Part shown: positions 9,784-23,314 of the stretch, one piece after another
Layout: each line of letters starts with the position of its first letter
Position numbering within the stretch: the first letter of the stretch is position 1
Assembly (NCBI GenBank): GCA_012295275.1
Contig: CM022677.1
Location: 11,222,001-11,286,000, forward strand
Reading direction: 5' to 3'
DNA length: 64,000 nt
From: Chrysomallon squamiferum
Taxonomy: Eukaryota > Animalia > Mollusca
The notes under the pieces: model-generated
Database searches by the model: none
The model's input: only the letters and a program-made list of their open reading frames with translations
What the model was told of the DNA's origin: nothing
Position numbers and translations under genes: made by a program

Positions 9784-10370
9784 TTTATTTTTTTTTATTT
9801 ACTTATTTGTTTCTGGCTGGCGACATCTAAATACTATCTGAAAAAAAAAAATCTAGTAAGAAATGGGTAAGAGATAGTATGACGTCAAAGTTACCAAAAA
9901 AATATAGTAAATAAATAAATTAAAAATTGGTTTCGACCTTTGAAGCAATTACTACTCAATAATAGACATCTATGTACAAACGGCATTACTTATATGATGT
10001 ATTTCCCCAAATTACTTTTAATAATCCATATAGACTTGATTGGATGTTTAAAAGTTTGTAAACACTGATCGGCGTTCGACGCTGCCATCTTCGATTTCAT
10101 TCGGAGGTTTCCGTGATCGCTCGGAAACCGTCTGATCGGGTTTTTGAACTTCTAATTTCAACTTTTTTACGTCTATTTTCTTAACTTTTTTATGATTTGT
10201 CAATTAGATTTGCGCTGATAAAGGTAATATATTACCAAACCATGATCTCCTGCGCTTTTCCTAAGTACTTTTTCAACTTAATCAAACTTTTATTTTTATG
10301 CAAATGCGTGCATAATAAACTGAAATTATAATTTGTTATAAGATTACTGTATTAACTTTTCCAGTTGGCA

Positions 10371-10553
10371 ATGTTCCCCAACAGAAACGAAGATTCAGGT
10401 TTAGTTTGTACCAATAAATCGGTGAAAGTCTGGAAGTATTTTGACTGCCTGACTTTTAGAAGTTTGTGGTCAACGGGAAATAACTCATTCGACGACAGAG
10501 ACATTCAGCCAATGGAGGTTGACCCATTTGAGGAACCCATGGATACATCATGA
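10371..10553 (+). CDS. Candidate 60-aa small ORF with acidic C-terminus (PMEVDPFEEPMDTS)
   Basis: Acceptor ttttccag at 10364, ATG at 10371, TGA ending 10553, then AATAAA/A-tract at about 10577-10620. Upstream are a donor-like aaag/gtaata at 10223 and a CpG-rich patch with GCCATCTT at about 10065-10140. Confidence 0.35.
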   Translation: MFPNRNEDSGLVCTNKSVKVWKYFDCLTFRSLWSTGNNSFDDRDIQPMEVDPFEEPMDTS

Positions 10554-10786
10554 GTATAAGGCAATTCTACTATCTTAATAAAAAAAAAAAAAAAAAGATA
10601 AAAAAAAAAAAAAAAAATAATACGCATTATTAAACGTTGATTCATTATTCAACTTGTTAGATTCGTTATACCTGTTAATGAAGAATTAAGCTTATTATTT
10701 ATTTATTTATTTATTATGCAAAATAAAATGATCTAATATTGTTAATTAAAAAACAATAACTCTGTTTTTCAATACACTGTGTTTTC

Positions 10787-11062
10787 AATACATAATATTA
10801 CCGCTACGCCTCTGTTTACAACATAAAACATGTAACATAAACAGTGATGGCGGTACTGAAGTTGTATCTTATTTTCATAACGTCGTGTAAAATTACTCCT
10901 ACTTAGTTGTTCTGTGAAACAAATTCTGTTAATAAAATATCACATTAGTATGGACGCGTTCTCGATATTCACACATAATTCTACTGTTGTTTATAAAACC
11001 ATTTTTGTTTACATAAAAATAAAAAGGTGGATCTGAGTCAGACATTTATTTTAGACGCTCAA

Positions 11063-11152
<90 letters not shown>

Positions 11153-11621
11153 ATACAAAATTATGGCTTACATTTATTCTAAGTTATTATGTAGGTCAGA
11201 GATGTATACTTAAAATATAAAAGTCACATTTTTCTACATTTAAAACTAAATCTCTGAAACTGAGAATTGAAAAAAACAAACATAAAATGCTGCAGGGAAA
11301 TAGAGAGTTGTGTACCCTTTTATCAACAGTAGCTGACGAGTTGATGCTTGGCTTATATTCTACTGGAATAATTTAGAAACTGAGAAATATAGCGAGTTAG
11401 ATTTCCAGATTCATGTTTTTAATACATACTATTACCACTACGCCTCTGTTAACAAACATAAAACATGTAACATAAATAGTGATGGCGGTTCTTATTTTCA
11501 TAACGTCGTGTAAAATTACTCGTTCTTAGCTTTTCAGTGAAACAAGTTCTGTTAATAAAATGTCACATTAGTATGGAAGCGTTCTCGATATTCACATATA
11601 ATTCTACTGTTGTTTATAAAA
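10787..11621 (+). repeat. Local direct duplication of about 200 bp (10787-10998 and 11421-11621)
   Basis: Shared ctacgcctctgtt...cttattttcataacgtcgtgtaaaattactc...gcgttctcgatattcaca...ctactgttgtttataaaa. Confidence 0.9.
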
Positions 11622-11949
11622 ACATGCTAACCTGGAAGCCCAATCTATATTTCTGAATGTACACAGAGTTTTCACGGTAAAAATCACACCAGTAATGTTT
11701 AGGCTAGAATACTGTTTTTTCGTGGGGTGTTTTCGTGTTGTTTTTTTCTCTTCCTGACAGAAGTGGTAATAGAAGAAAGTATCATTTTAAATTCCTGGCA
11801 AAGCGTTGGGTATATTTTACAAATATACTTTTTCTAAGCTGGAGTCAGTGAGGTGGAGAAAGATGAAGGTGATTTTCATTAATTACACCACAGATTGTGC
11901 TTTTAATTAGTGTTCTGCTAATTAATATTTATTAAGTATACTTTAAGAA

Positions 11950-12090
11950 ATGTGGTACTTGTTCGTCCTATACAACGGCGAGTGTTTTGTGAAGAAACGT
12001 TTGGGTGAAACTTGTGAAGACAAGTCGGGCTGTGCAGACGTGTAGCTGACTGTCTGGATAACATGTGTTTCGTCAAAAAAAAAATCTTTT
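11950..12090 (+). pseudogene. Frameshifted Cys-rich (EB/EGF-like module) exon remnant
   Basis: Reads YNGECFVKKRLGETCEDKSGCADV*, then in a shifted frame ADCLDNMCFVKKK. The CFVKK motif repeats with Cys spacing typical of extracellular EB-like modules. Confidence 0.3.
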
Positions 12091-12983
12091 TGACAGTTTT
12101 GTTCTTCCAAAATCAGTGTCGAGTCATGATAAAATTGGAATTGGAGTAATTACTGAAACACGAAATTTTGACGTACAGTGAAGTTTTGTAGACGTAATTT
12201 GTGACGTTGGACAGAGTTTATGTTCTATAAACAAATAAGATTTCAGTTTCATATGAAGAAACTGAGGTTCAATAAAAAATAGCATGATATAGTATAAAAA
12301 ATATATGCTGAAATAATCATTTCATTTCCTTTTTTCTTTTTCTTTTTCCCTTGTTTCAGTAGTCTTTCTTAATTATTATTTTATTTATCATTTTAATTAG
12401 TATTATTGTAGTTTTTGTTGTGTTTACAAAAATAAATAAATAAATCAGTTCAGACTGATATTTTAAAAGTTTCTGGTGAGATTTTATTGATAACCGGAGA
12501 AAAAACATTCTGATATTATTGTTATATTTTAATCGGATGAAACAAACGATATATTTCTTCAAGCTAAGTAAAAATATCCTCGTATCTCATAAAACACTAG
12601 TTCAGGAGGACAGGCATGTTTTCTATGATGTAACTTACAAATGTTAACTATATAAGATTTTTCCTAGTAGAATAAAATGTAACTAAGTGAAATTATCAGT
12701 ATTTTTTTATATTCATTTCAAAATGTTCACCTTTTCCTCTATTTTTTATTTAACATTATCTTTTATTTTTATTTTTTATTTAACCTTTTTATTTTCATAA
12801 ATAATAGAAAATTAATTGCAAAAGTAATTTAAAATAATTAATTTTAAAATGAACATATGACATTGAAACTAGTTTTATAGGAGATACACAGAAATTATAC
12901 AAACTGTTAGGGAGATGCACATAAAGAAATTGTTAAAGCTGTATAGAATGTATGGATTGGTAGAGAAACAGATGAACAGATGT

Positions 12984-13035
<52 letters not shown>

Positions 13036-15654
13036 AAGGAAATTTGTGTTTTGTATGTTTCCAGAGGGCACTGTAGGACAAATAGATGCAGGCACAGATA
13101 GACTGATGTGAATGTGAAAGGATGAGTTGGTACATACATGTTATTTGTGAGAAAGAGTTAATGTGTTTGTTGTCAAATAACTGCTGTATGTGAAAGTGTC
13201 CTTGTTTATGTATAAATAAATACAAGTTCCAAGTGTCTTGATTGTTGTTATTTTAATGATTTATTATTATATTATTGTCCCGATTTTAAATTGTTGTATT
13301 AACATTGAAAGATACTTGAAAATAGCTGAAATTGATCCATTAAAACAATTATTTTAGCAAAACCAAATATTTTTTAAAACAGATTTGCAGTAATTTTTAT
13401 TTTAAAGAAAATGAAAATGAAATTATCTATGTCTATATTAATAATGATAATAATAATAATAATAAAATTTAAAAGACTTAAAATTTAATTTGCTTGATTA
13501 TGGCTTCATTATGACAGTCTATGACATCAAATAAAACTGAAATGGGTTCATAAAAATTCTTACAGGCATATGTCATTATAATTCATTATCATAATGCATC
13601 GTTAGAAAAGTTCGAGATTTATAGTGTATATGTTGTATGAAAAATTCATTGTTTTTACTCAAGGGACAAATTGAAAAAAATGTTTTCTGCAAAATAGGAA
13701 TTTTACAGTAATTAATTAAGAAATAATAACAAACAAACCAGCTTTAATTTTCATTCTGCTTGGAAACATATTAAATACAAAATTGTACTTCATTTTCTAA
13801 AGAGATTAATATTATTTTCTTTTATTTATTTATTTATTTTTTTTTTTTTTTTTTAAATTCCTTATTGAAATAGTTATATTATTCTTTCTAAAATGGGAAA
13901 GGCAAATTATAAAAAGCAGCCAGAAATGTCTAAACGGAAATAACTGAGTATTTAAGTTTTTTTTATCTAGACAGGTTTTTAAGTAATTTCAACTTGAAGA
14001 TCATCATGTTTGTTCTAATTAAAAATAACAAAGTCATGGTTAATGCAAATAAAAGTTTAATTTAATTAACAGAAATATATTATTATTTTTTATCCAAAAA
14101 ATTCTAATTACCTCTAATTAGTAAAGCTTCAATTATATTTACACTAATTACCCCCATCAAACCCTTGATTTAGCCCTGTTTTAAATACTATAATGATTAC
14201 ATAATTTTAAATATATTTACAGTCATTTTTTACCCATGCAAAACCCTGAATTTCCCCTGAATTAAATAATATAAAAATAAGATGATTATAAAAATTAACA
14301 TGTCTATGCACTATCACATTAATTTTAGCTTGTTTACAAAAATGGCATTCCATAGCAATGATGAATCTCTATTCCTCTTTCAGCAATAAAAAGTTAAAAT
14401 AACCAAGCACAGATCAATGATAAAAACAGTGCAAGCTGCTATGAAGTACAATGTGTACACTGGATGTTCTGATCACATTGACAATGCAGTCTCTTGGAGA
14501 TCACTGAGTGTTTGAAATTCAAATTACATTTGTGACAGATTTTCTTTTGAAAGTGTTGTTCTTTCTCTGGACAGGGAAGACTGTGATGTAATAGCATTCT
14601 AGTGCTCTAGTGAACCTTGTCTGAAAATGGGTCTTACAGCATTTTCAACTGAAGTGCTGGCTGAGGCAGCTTGAATCTGTTGTCTAGGATCCTACAACAA
14701 AATATAATATTCATTAATAAACTAATCATAAAATAAAGCAGTATTTTTGTTGTCGGCTCTAACTGCATTTCACTGTCTTAGCAAGAAAAAGTTTAGTACA
14801 CATTTTTAGTTTTTCCATTCAATTTTTGATAATAAAAAAAATTATTAAACGATTTTCCAGTCTTAATTTCAATCAGTTTAATTTTATTTTTTAAATTTGA
14901 AATAAAAGGATTAAAATACTTCAGTAAAATATGTTTTAATATAATTGAATAATTCTATTAATTTGTTAAAATTTGATATTTACACTGTTTTAGTATTTTA
15001 GTCCAGTTTAAGATGACTGCCAGGAATATTAAGTAAATAAACATTTTACACCTATATAGTATTAGACAGTAAGAAAATGGTCTTCTAATACTGTTTCTAC
15101 TTGAAATATCTAGCATGATGGAAATACATTTGAGATTATTCTTACGATCTTTAATTAACCTTTAACAACCGTTACAGTTACATCATTTATAATAAAATAT
15201 TTGATTAATTAAAATCTTGAATTGTAACATTCTTTCCTGCCACTTTAATATAATTTAATTTTGCCACTAATGAATAAATCAATCACAATTATCCTGCTAA
15301 TAGTTACAATAATGATTCCTGTGTGTATTTAAAATGAAGTTAAAATGTATTTAAAACAAAGACAATGTTGTAAGACACGCGCTCTGTGTGTGTGTGTATA
15401 GTAACAAAAATAAATAATATAAATCTCAAAGATCATGCAAGCTTCTATTTTATTATTTTTTATTAAGAACTAACTATGGAAAATACAATTTATTACCTAA
15501 TGAGTTTCAAGCTCTTTAATTCAGAGTTTTGTCCCTTGGTAGTATAAACAAAGACTAAGGGCACCATCAGTTTCAATCTTAAATTTAAATAAAACAGGCC
15601 TGAGTATTTTGTACAAAGCATTTAAACATATAAACTGATAACCAAATATTTCTT

Positions 15655-15835
15655 AACACACACACACACACACACACTATTATCTGAGCAGTACTAATTA
15701 TCACTGTTGCTGATACACTCACACACACACACTATTATCTGATTAGGAATTATCACTATTGCTGATACACTCACACTCATACTCACACTCACACAGATTC
15801 ACACTATTACCTGAGTAGCAATTATCTCTAATGCT

Positions 15836-15872
<37 letters not shown>

Positions 15873-15925
15873 TATCTGAGTAGCTGCAATTACTGAGAAC
15901 TGATTGACTAGTTACTGACACACCC
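15655..15925. repeat. Degenerate minisatellite: (CA)n plus ctattatctga...attatcact.ttgctga
   Basis: About four related units separated by CA runs. Confidence 0.7.
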
Positions 15926-15927
15926 AC

Positions 15928-15993
15928 CTGATTGCTGCTGATATTAAGTTCAGTGAGAGAAGAATTTTCTGTGACTGCAGTACACAAATCTTT
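15928..15993 (-). pseudogene. Single RI-like leucine-rich-repeat exon fragment truncated by the LINE
   Basis: KDLCTAVTENSSLTELNISSNQ fits the RI-like LRR pattern L..A...N.SL..L.(L/I)S.N and ends at CAG/GTGGGT. Its other end abuts the LINE 5' truncation point. Confidence 0.4.
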
Positions 15994-18305
15994 AGACCGT
16001 CACTACCCAACAGCTACAGACCGATCACACTGACGTCACACATGTGCAAACACTGGAAACGATGATCAACACACGCCTGAGCCAGCATCTAAACAACAAC
16101 AATTTAATCAGCAAATATCAAAGTGGCTTCAGGAAGAAACACAGCACAAACAACCAGATCACCTGTCTGCAAACATCAATCAACCAATCTTTTAGGAAAT
16201 CAAAAAAAGTCATTGCAGTATTCCTAGACATTGAAAAAGCCTTCGACATGGTATGGAGGGAAGGATTGCTCGTCAAATTATTCAACAACAACATCAAAGG
16301 CAACAAGTTCAACTTCATTAAAGACTTCATCAACAACAGATCCACCAACTGAACTAATAAACACAGCACTCTTTACAGACAACTGCGCCTTTTGGCGTGC
16401 AGGCAGAAACAAATACAAAAAGACCTAAACAACATAAATGACTGGGTGTTGAAATGGGGCATAAAGATTTCTCTTTCCAAAACGACATGCCTCCTTTTCA
16501 ACAAAAAAACAGACAACAACAAAATCACACTAAACATCGACAACAACGTCATAACACTAACCAAAACATTCAAATTTCTAGCAAACATTCGACAGCCAAC
16601 TCAACTTTGGATGCCACATACACAACATAATTGCATCCTGCAGAAAAACACTCAATCTTCTAAAACTAATTTCCTGAACCAGTTGGGCAGCAAACGAGTC
16701 AATGCTAATTTTGATATACAAAACATGTATTCTCTCCAGGCTCGACTACAGAGCCACAGCTTAATTCAGTCCAGCGCCCTCAGAGTGATCAGCCACCTCC
16801 AAAACACAACACCACCCAACAGCCTCCTGTCAGAATACTGCATCCAACCACTGAAATACAGAAGAAATCTGCAGCTACTGAAATACAACCTGAGAATACA
16901 CACCCTCAACGCAGACCATCCCATCAAGGATCTGGTCCCCGACCAACAAAGAATAAGGCAACTCTTTAAATCGCATAGTCTACTTTTATCGAATTTCCTG
17001 ACAACAGCCAACAAAATCGAAAGGGAAACACGAATAGGGGTAATGCCACTGCTGGCATACCACAAAGAAACAAAACCAGCAATAAACACACCTTTCCTAA
17101 TAAAAACAGAAACAGACAAACCAGAGTTCCCACCGTTCAAAAAGGCCATATTTCTTGCAGCAGCAAACGACCACTACGAACAACACCCGCACATCTACAC
17201 CAATGGATCCAAAAACCCAGACAACTGGAGAGTAGGATTCGCCTTCATAGCCCAAGATCACACAGACAAACCCACATGCATACAATTCAGCAATATCAGA
17301 AATCACCTTTCAGTATACATGGCGAATTGGTCGCCATCATCAGAGCCATGCTGTGGTTGAAACACAACAACAACAAACATACAGTCATATTCTCAGACAG
17401 CCTAAGTTCCGTCATCTCAATACAATCCAGACATTCCAGCAGACCAGATCTACTCAGCAGAATACAACAACTACACCAGGACATACAACACAACAACAAA
17501 CAACTAATCATCAAGTGGCTCCCAGCACACGTCAACATCATCAGCAACGAACTTGCCGACCATTACACCAAAGAGTCACTCAGCATTAAAGACGAAGACA
17601 TCTGCACTGACATACACTATGGAATAAACGAAATTATCTCCATCGCAGCCAAATATTATGACAAACAGTGGCAAAACGAATGAAACAACACCAAAAACAA
17701 ATGGCACTTGAACATCAAACCACTCACCAAAACACCCAAAATCACACTTGCCAACAAACTACACAACAACAATCTCACCAAAGCCAGAATTGGTTACTCG
17801 ACCAACTTAAATGCAATCCGATACAAATATCACAACACCACATCACCAAACTGCAGCTGTGGACTCTCCGAAACCATGAAACACTACTTGTTTCACTGTC
17901 AAAATTCCGCCAAGGAAAGACAAGCACTACGCAACACATTGGAGGAACTAAAAATTGAGTTCACGCTCCGAAACATCTTGGCACCAAACACGAAAGACAG
18001 AGAGTTAGTCCTTGCTGCAGTAACAACATACATTCTGAACACAAAACACAAACTTTAGACTCTTTTTTTCTTCTTTTTTGACACAAAACCAAACAACAGT
18101 TGAATGAATTTATTGATTTACAGATTGGTTGGTTGAACAGCTGATGGATCGATGGATGGATCGGCTGACTGACGGATCAGTTTGAATAGCCAATTAAATT
18201 AATAATTGAAAACAAAACTATACGTACTATATGTACTTACATTCAGATTATACTAACCCGGTTATTGGTTTTTTTCTTTTTTTAAAACGTGCATAATAAA
18301 TAATT
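15994..18305 (+). mobile_element. 5'-truncated, decayed non-LTR retrotransposon with RT, RNase H and CCHC finger (I/Nimb/Ingi-like group)
   Basis: RT motifs SYRPITLTS, QSGFRKKHST, VFLDIEKAFDMVW, degenerate LFTDN (FADD) and KT..LLF. RNase H motifs IYTNGSK, ELVAI, IFSDSLS and WLPAHVNIISNELAD. C-terminal CSCG..ETMKHYLFHC. Multiple frameshifts; the QG-motif region is deleted near 16345. Confidence 0.92.
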
Positions 18306-18309
18306 AGGA

Positions 18310-19511
18310 GACCTTCAACAAGCCAGACAAGTGGCGGAAACAACAAGGAGCGGATAACGTTTACGAAACATGCTGGACACTCCCTTGTGTTCTGCAATTG
18401 TAATGAGAACCCACTCTCTTTCCTTACCCAAAACTCTTTTCTGCGAAGGACACTCCTGCTGTCCTGTCAGAAAGCGTGCCCATTGTAGACGTGCTTCACA
18501 ACAGTTTGCTCTGAACAGCATGCTAATTTTTTTCAAGTTCAAGTTTACTTGTATCTGAGTTACCTGAAAGGTCTTCCAAGCTGGTCAAGAAAATCCTCTG
18601 AAATGCTGGTTTGTGCTGGTGGTATGATAGCTATATTTAAACAACTATCTTGTTTGATGTGTGAGTCATTGTTTCCTACTGTTTGTTCATGATTTGGCAA
18701 TTTTGTTGATTTTGTACATTCCCCTTTTTTTAGCCAGATTTATCTAAATAAACAAATATAGAAAGAAAAATTAATAAAATAAAAATAAAATAACAATAAA
18801 TAAAATTAAAAATTAAATATAACTATTTTAGTTAGAGTGATGACAAACATGTCTAAAAAAAAACAATGCTAATGGAAGTATACTAAGTCACCTGCTGCTC
18901 AACTTCCAGGCTTTTGTCTTTGCCACTGTCACACACAGCAATCACAGTTGTCTGCCAAGTGTTTCATTTTAATGTTTTTCTTTGCCTGGTTTTAGCATGT
19001 TCAAGTTTTTAAAGCTTTTTCTCCCGATATTTGACTGTTGAGATTGGTGACCTGGTGTAAGACTCTCCAACTTAAGAACTGTTGTAGTCTGATGTGGTCA
19101 GTTTCAATGTCCAGGTCACCAAAATTGAGCTCTTCATCAGCAGAACTTTCAACAACTCCGAGTCAGAGTCACATTGGTGGGTGCACTGCCAAGTTTGAGT
19201 AAATAAATAAATAAATAAATATATAAAATAAGGTATAAAATATAAATATAATACTGCTACATTTACTGCAACACTTCTGGTACTAACTTTATTATCATCA
19301 TTACTATAACTAATATTTACTATTATTCCTTATTCAACTAGGGTTACTGTTATTGAAATAATACTCCTATTACTAAAATTATTATAATTATTACTGCAAG
19401 AACAACAACGACTACTATCACTCCTGTTAACCTACTTTTCTTGTTACATTTATCATAATAACAATTTCTCTAAATACAACTACTATTAGTAGTGCTACTA
19501 CTACTACTACT

Positions 19512-19585
<74 letters not shown>

Positions 19586-20767
19586 AAAAGATTTACAAAC
19601 ATTTATTTATCATATTCATAACCAAAAAAGAAAACCAGACATAATATTATAACATGAATTGTTTTGATTAACTAGTTATCCAGATTCATATAGTTTAAAA
19701 TTACCACCCGATTCATTATTTTATTTACAAACCATGAAAACTGAGACACTGCCGACAATAGAAACCAAAGACAACAGCTACAGTACATCCATCTCCAATG
19801 TATTTTAGTGTGGCTGTCATCCCAGGAACAGTGACACTGTGTGAAGGCTGACAGTTCCAGTCTGGTAACAGGAAAATTAAACATTTTAAAATACTCATAA
19901 AATATTATGCTTCTTCTTCTTTTATTTTGAAATATAGAAATTTACAACAAAATAATCAGGTTTATATGAATGGAACTGGTGTGTATGTGTGTGTGTGTGT
20001 TTGAGCGAGAGAGAGAGAGAAAGAAAACATGATATAAAATGCAGTTATGATACAAGATTCTAACGTGTTACAAAATCCAACTTCCTACATTAAATCAAAT
20101 TAAACTTCATTAGGTTTAGAATAATAAGAAAAGAAACTCAAATTCACATGTTCAGTATTTTTTCTCTTTTCCAATGGCAACAGTACAAACTTTATCCTCA
20201 GTGCTGGACAGCACCTTCTACTGAAACAACTTCACTAGTCAACATCAGCACATCAGTCAGAGCTGTATGTGTATTCTGAAAATAAAAGTACAAATGAAAT
20301 AATGAAAATAATAAAGTGTTATAAACAAATAACTAATATATTATTAAAATATATATGATATTATTAAAATGTAAATTGTACTGATACCATTTACTGGATT
20401 ATGAGATAATGATGATAATGGCAATATTTTAAAAAAGTAACAAAACAATAGCAAATAAATGATTATTATTATGCTATTTTACAATCAGTAAAGAGTTTTT
20501 ACTATAAAACTTATTTTACTTCATAAGAAGTAAAAATAAGATAAAAACTTACAACTTGGAATTGTGCAGTATGCAGTGTCTGTACAGCTGATTCATCCTT
20601 CTCCTTAATGTAAATTCCCTTTCTAGACAGCAACTGAACAATACTGCAATGACCTACATAAAATATTTAACATCAGTGGTAAAAAAAGTTTTTAGAAATT
20701 TCAATCACCATTTGTCTGATAAATGCATTTTTTGTTTTGCTTATTATTATGCAATATTTCTCTCTCT

Positions 20768-20861
<94 letters not shown>

Positions 20862-21851
20862 TAATAAAACATACCCTGCCACTGTTGAGAGGTTTCTGAA
20901 AACATTCTAACACAGGCCTGACACATCCCTTGACACCAGACTGTTGATTCACATTATCAATAGTCTCTTGTATCCATTCTCTGGAAAATGCATTTTTGTG
21001 ATGATGAAGTAGATGACAGGGACCTGGGTGCATTGGTACCACTCTTAATCAGGTACAGGACTAGCCCGGTCATTCAAACTATCAATGTGGCGAAACATCT
21101 CATGAATGTTGCCTTCCAGAGAATCATCTTGTTCTGCTGCAGCTACAGCCTTTGTTTTCTTCTCTCTGTTTTATTTATCTTCTCATCCAGCTTCATTATC
21201 AGAGCAGCAAGCTCAAATATCACCTGCTGCTCAACTTCCTGGTTGTTTTCTTTGCCACAGTCACGCACATGTCATCAGGCAGCATAGCAGATGAAGTGTT
21301 TTTACCAGCATCAGCTTGTTTTCACAAAACTGCAGAATTCAGTGGTGCTCTGCTCTTTCCTTCTTGTTCCTGTCCATGCTGAATGTAAACCATTGATATA
21401 TCCATATTATAGTATTCCAGCAGCACTTGCACTCTACAGTGTGGTTCTGGTCAGTGATTGTGTAGCTGGATGAGAAATTTATAAAATTCATTTGGAACAT
21501 TTTCTCCTTATACTTTCTGCAATATCTATGCCAATGATGATTTTAATTTGTCCTGGAAAACATCAAAAATAAATAAATATTGGTAATGATATGAAAAAGT
21601 AAACAGGTTTATAGGTTTAGGTTTATACTGTATGAGTTGAACATTTTGTAATACATACAGGTGTGTTGAAGCAATTATTGTCAACCAGGTACGTTATCTG
21701 TAGATACAGATGTAAATAGTTTTGGATGTCTTAGTATTAGTCATATTAACTGCATAAGACACCTACTTCAGAAAAGAATAATTTTAGTAGTGTTTCGTGC
21801 ATGAGAGTGTATTAATATCTTTTGTGATTATGATTACAAATTATCTCTGTG

Positions 21852-21904
<53 letters not shown>

Positions 21905-22595
21905 AAATATTATTATAACAAATAATTTTATTAATATTTTACAGATCTTCATATGAAATAACTTGGTCATATTTTTCTTAAATTTTTTGTTCATCTTTAT
22001 AGTTTATTAATTTGTCATGTTAACATAGAGCTATACAGTTATTTAGCTTTAATAATATGAAAGCACTTAGGGCCCCACCTATTATAAACTTTAATATGGT
22101 TAAACAAAATCATTTAATGGATTGAGGAAGTCAGCAATTTAACATAAACCTTTAAAAAAATAAATCTTAAATAAACTGACAGAAAACAACCTGCCAAACA
22201 AAATCAGTATATTTTCTTTTAATAGTTTTATTAGTATATTAAAAAACTAATAATAATAATAATATAAATTAATAATAATAGTAAATAAATAAATAAATAA
22301 TAAATAAATACAAATTCTCTGTGTGTTGACACATAGTTGTTGTGTGGTGTTTACTTTGTTTGGTGTGTGCTACACATGTCAATTTCATTTAAAACAAATT
22401 TAATTACTGGTCACACAAAATTTGCCCCTGATATATCATACAGGTGATTGGTAAAACAAAATTAAGACTAAACAATTCTTCTTTATGCTGTTCACATTAG
22501 AAAAAAAAAAAAAATAAAATAAAATAAAAATTGATAAAAAATATTAAAATCAATAAAATAAATAATAAATAGATAAATATTATTCCCTAATAAAA

Positions 22596-22647
<52 letters not shown>

Positions 22648-22900
22648 TAAATAAATAAATTAATTAATTAATTAATTAATTAATTAATAAAATAATAAAT
22701 ATTATTTCCGAGTAAGATGGCTACCATCAGGTGGCTGTGACGTTTAAATTATACTTAAATAAAATCCAAAAAATCCAAACTCATTAACAACTATAATAAT
22801 AAATAGTACTACCTGTCTGCTTCACAAAATGAAATACTTTAAGCAACTTTTTTGTTGCATGATAATGCGATTACACCAATTCTGTAGAAGATTCTTCGAA
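18310..22900 (-). pseudogene. Decayed multi-exon gene of unknown product, copy 1
   Basis: Complex-sequence islands bounded by minus-strand AG/GT at about 18310-18511, 18564-18742, 18890-19190, 20160-20276, 20553-20654 and 20875-21552, with a donor at 22813. Frames checked contain stops. A further exon at about 14520-14691 may belong to it. Confidence 0.45.
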
Positions 22901-23222
22901 CGTCAAACAAAAAATTAAATCCGTCAAGTCTCGACAATCATCCCGCATTTTTCCGAAAATACAATCCTAAAAAAAATAAAGAAAAAGAGTTCAAAATAAA
23001 TAAATAAAATAAAGGAATATAACAACTTTTATTAAAATATACTCGATGTGGTTCTTTTTTTATTATTATTATTATTTGTTGCTTTTTTTTAGCCAATCAT
23101 TGACGTAAACTTCAAAATAAACGGTGCTGTTCTTTTTTTTCCCCTACTTTTTCTTTCTTCTTTTTTATTTATTTATATTTATGCACCAAATAAAATCACA
23201 AAGCTTACAGTTCACACTACAA
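18552..23222 (+). repeat. Segmental duplication block B, copy 1 (paralog about 37849-42346)
   Basis: Anchors tgaaaggtcttccaagctggtcaagaaaatcctctgaaatgctgg (~18565/~37861), agcagatgaagtgtttttaccagcatcagcttg (~21286/~40638), ccaaataaaatcacaaa (~23186/~42311). Confidence 0.92.
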
Positions 23223-23256
23223 TAAAATGGTACAACATTTATTTCTCTTAAAACAA

Positions 23257-23314
<58 letters not shown>

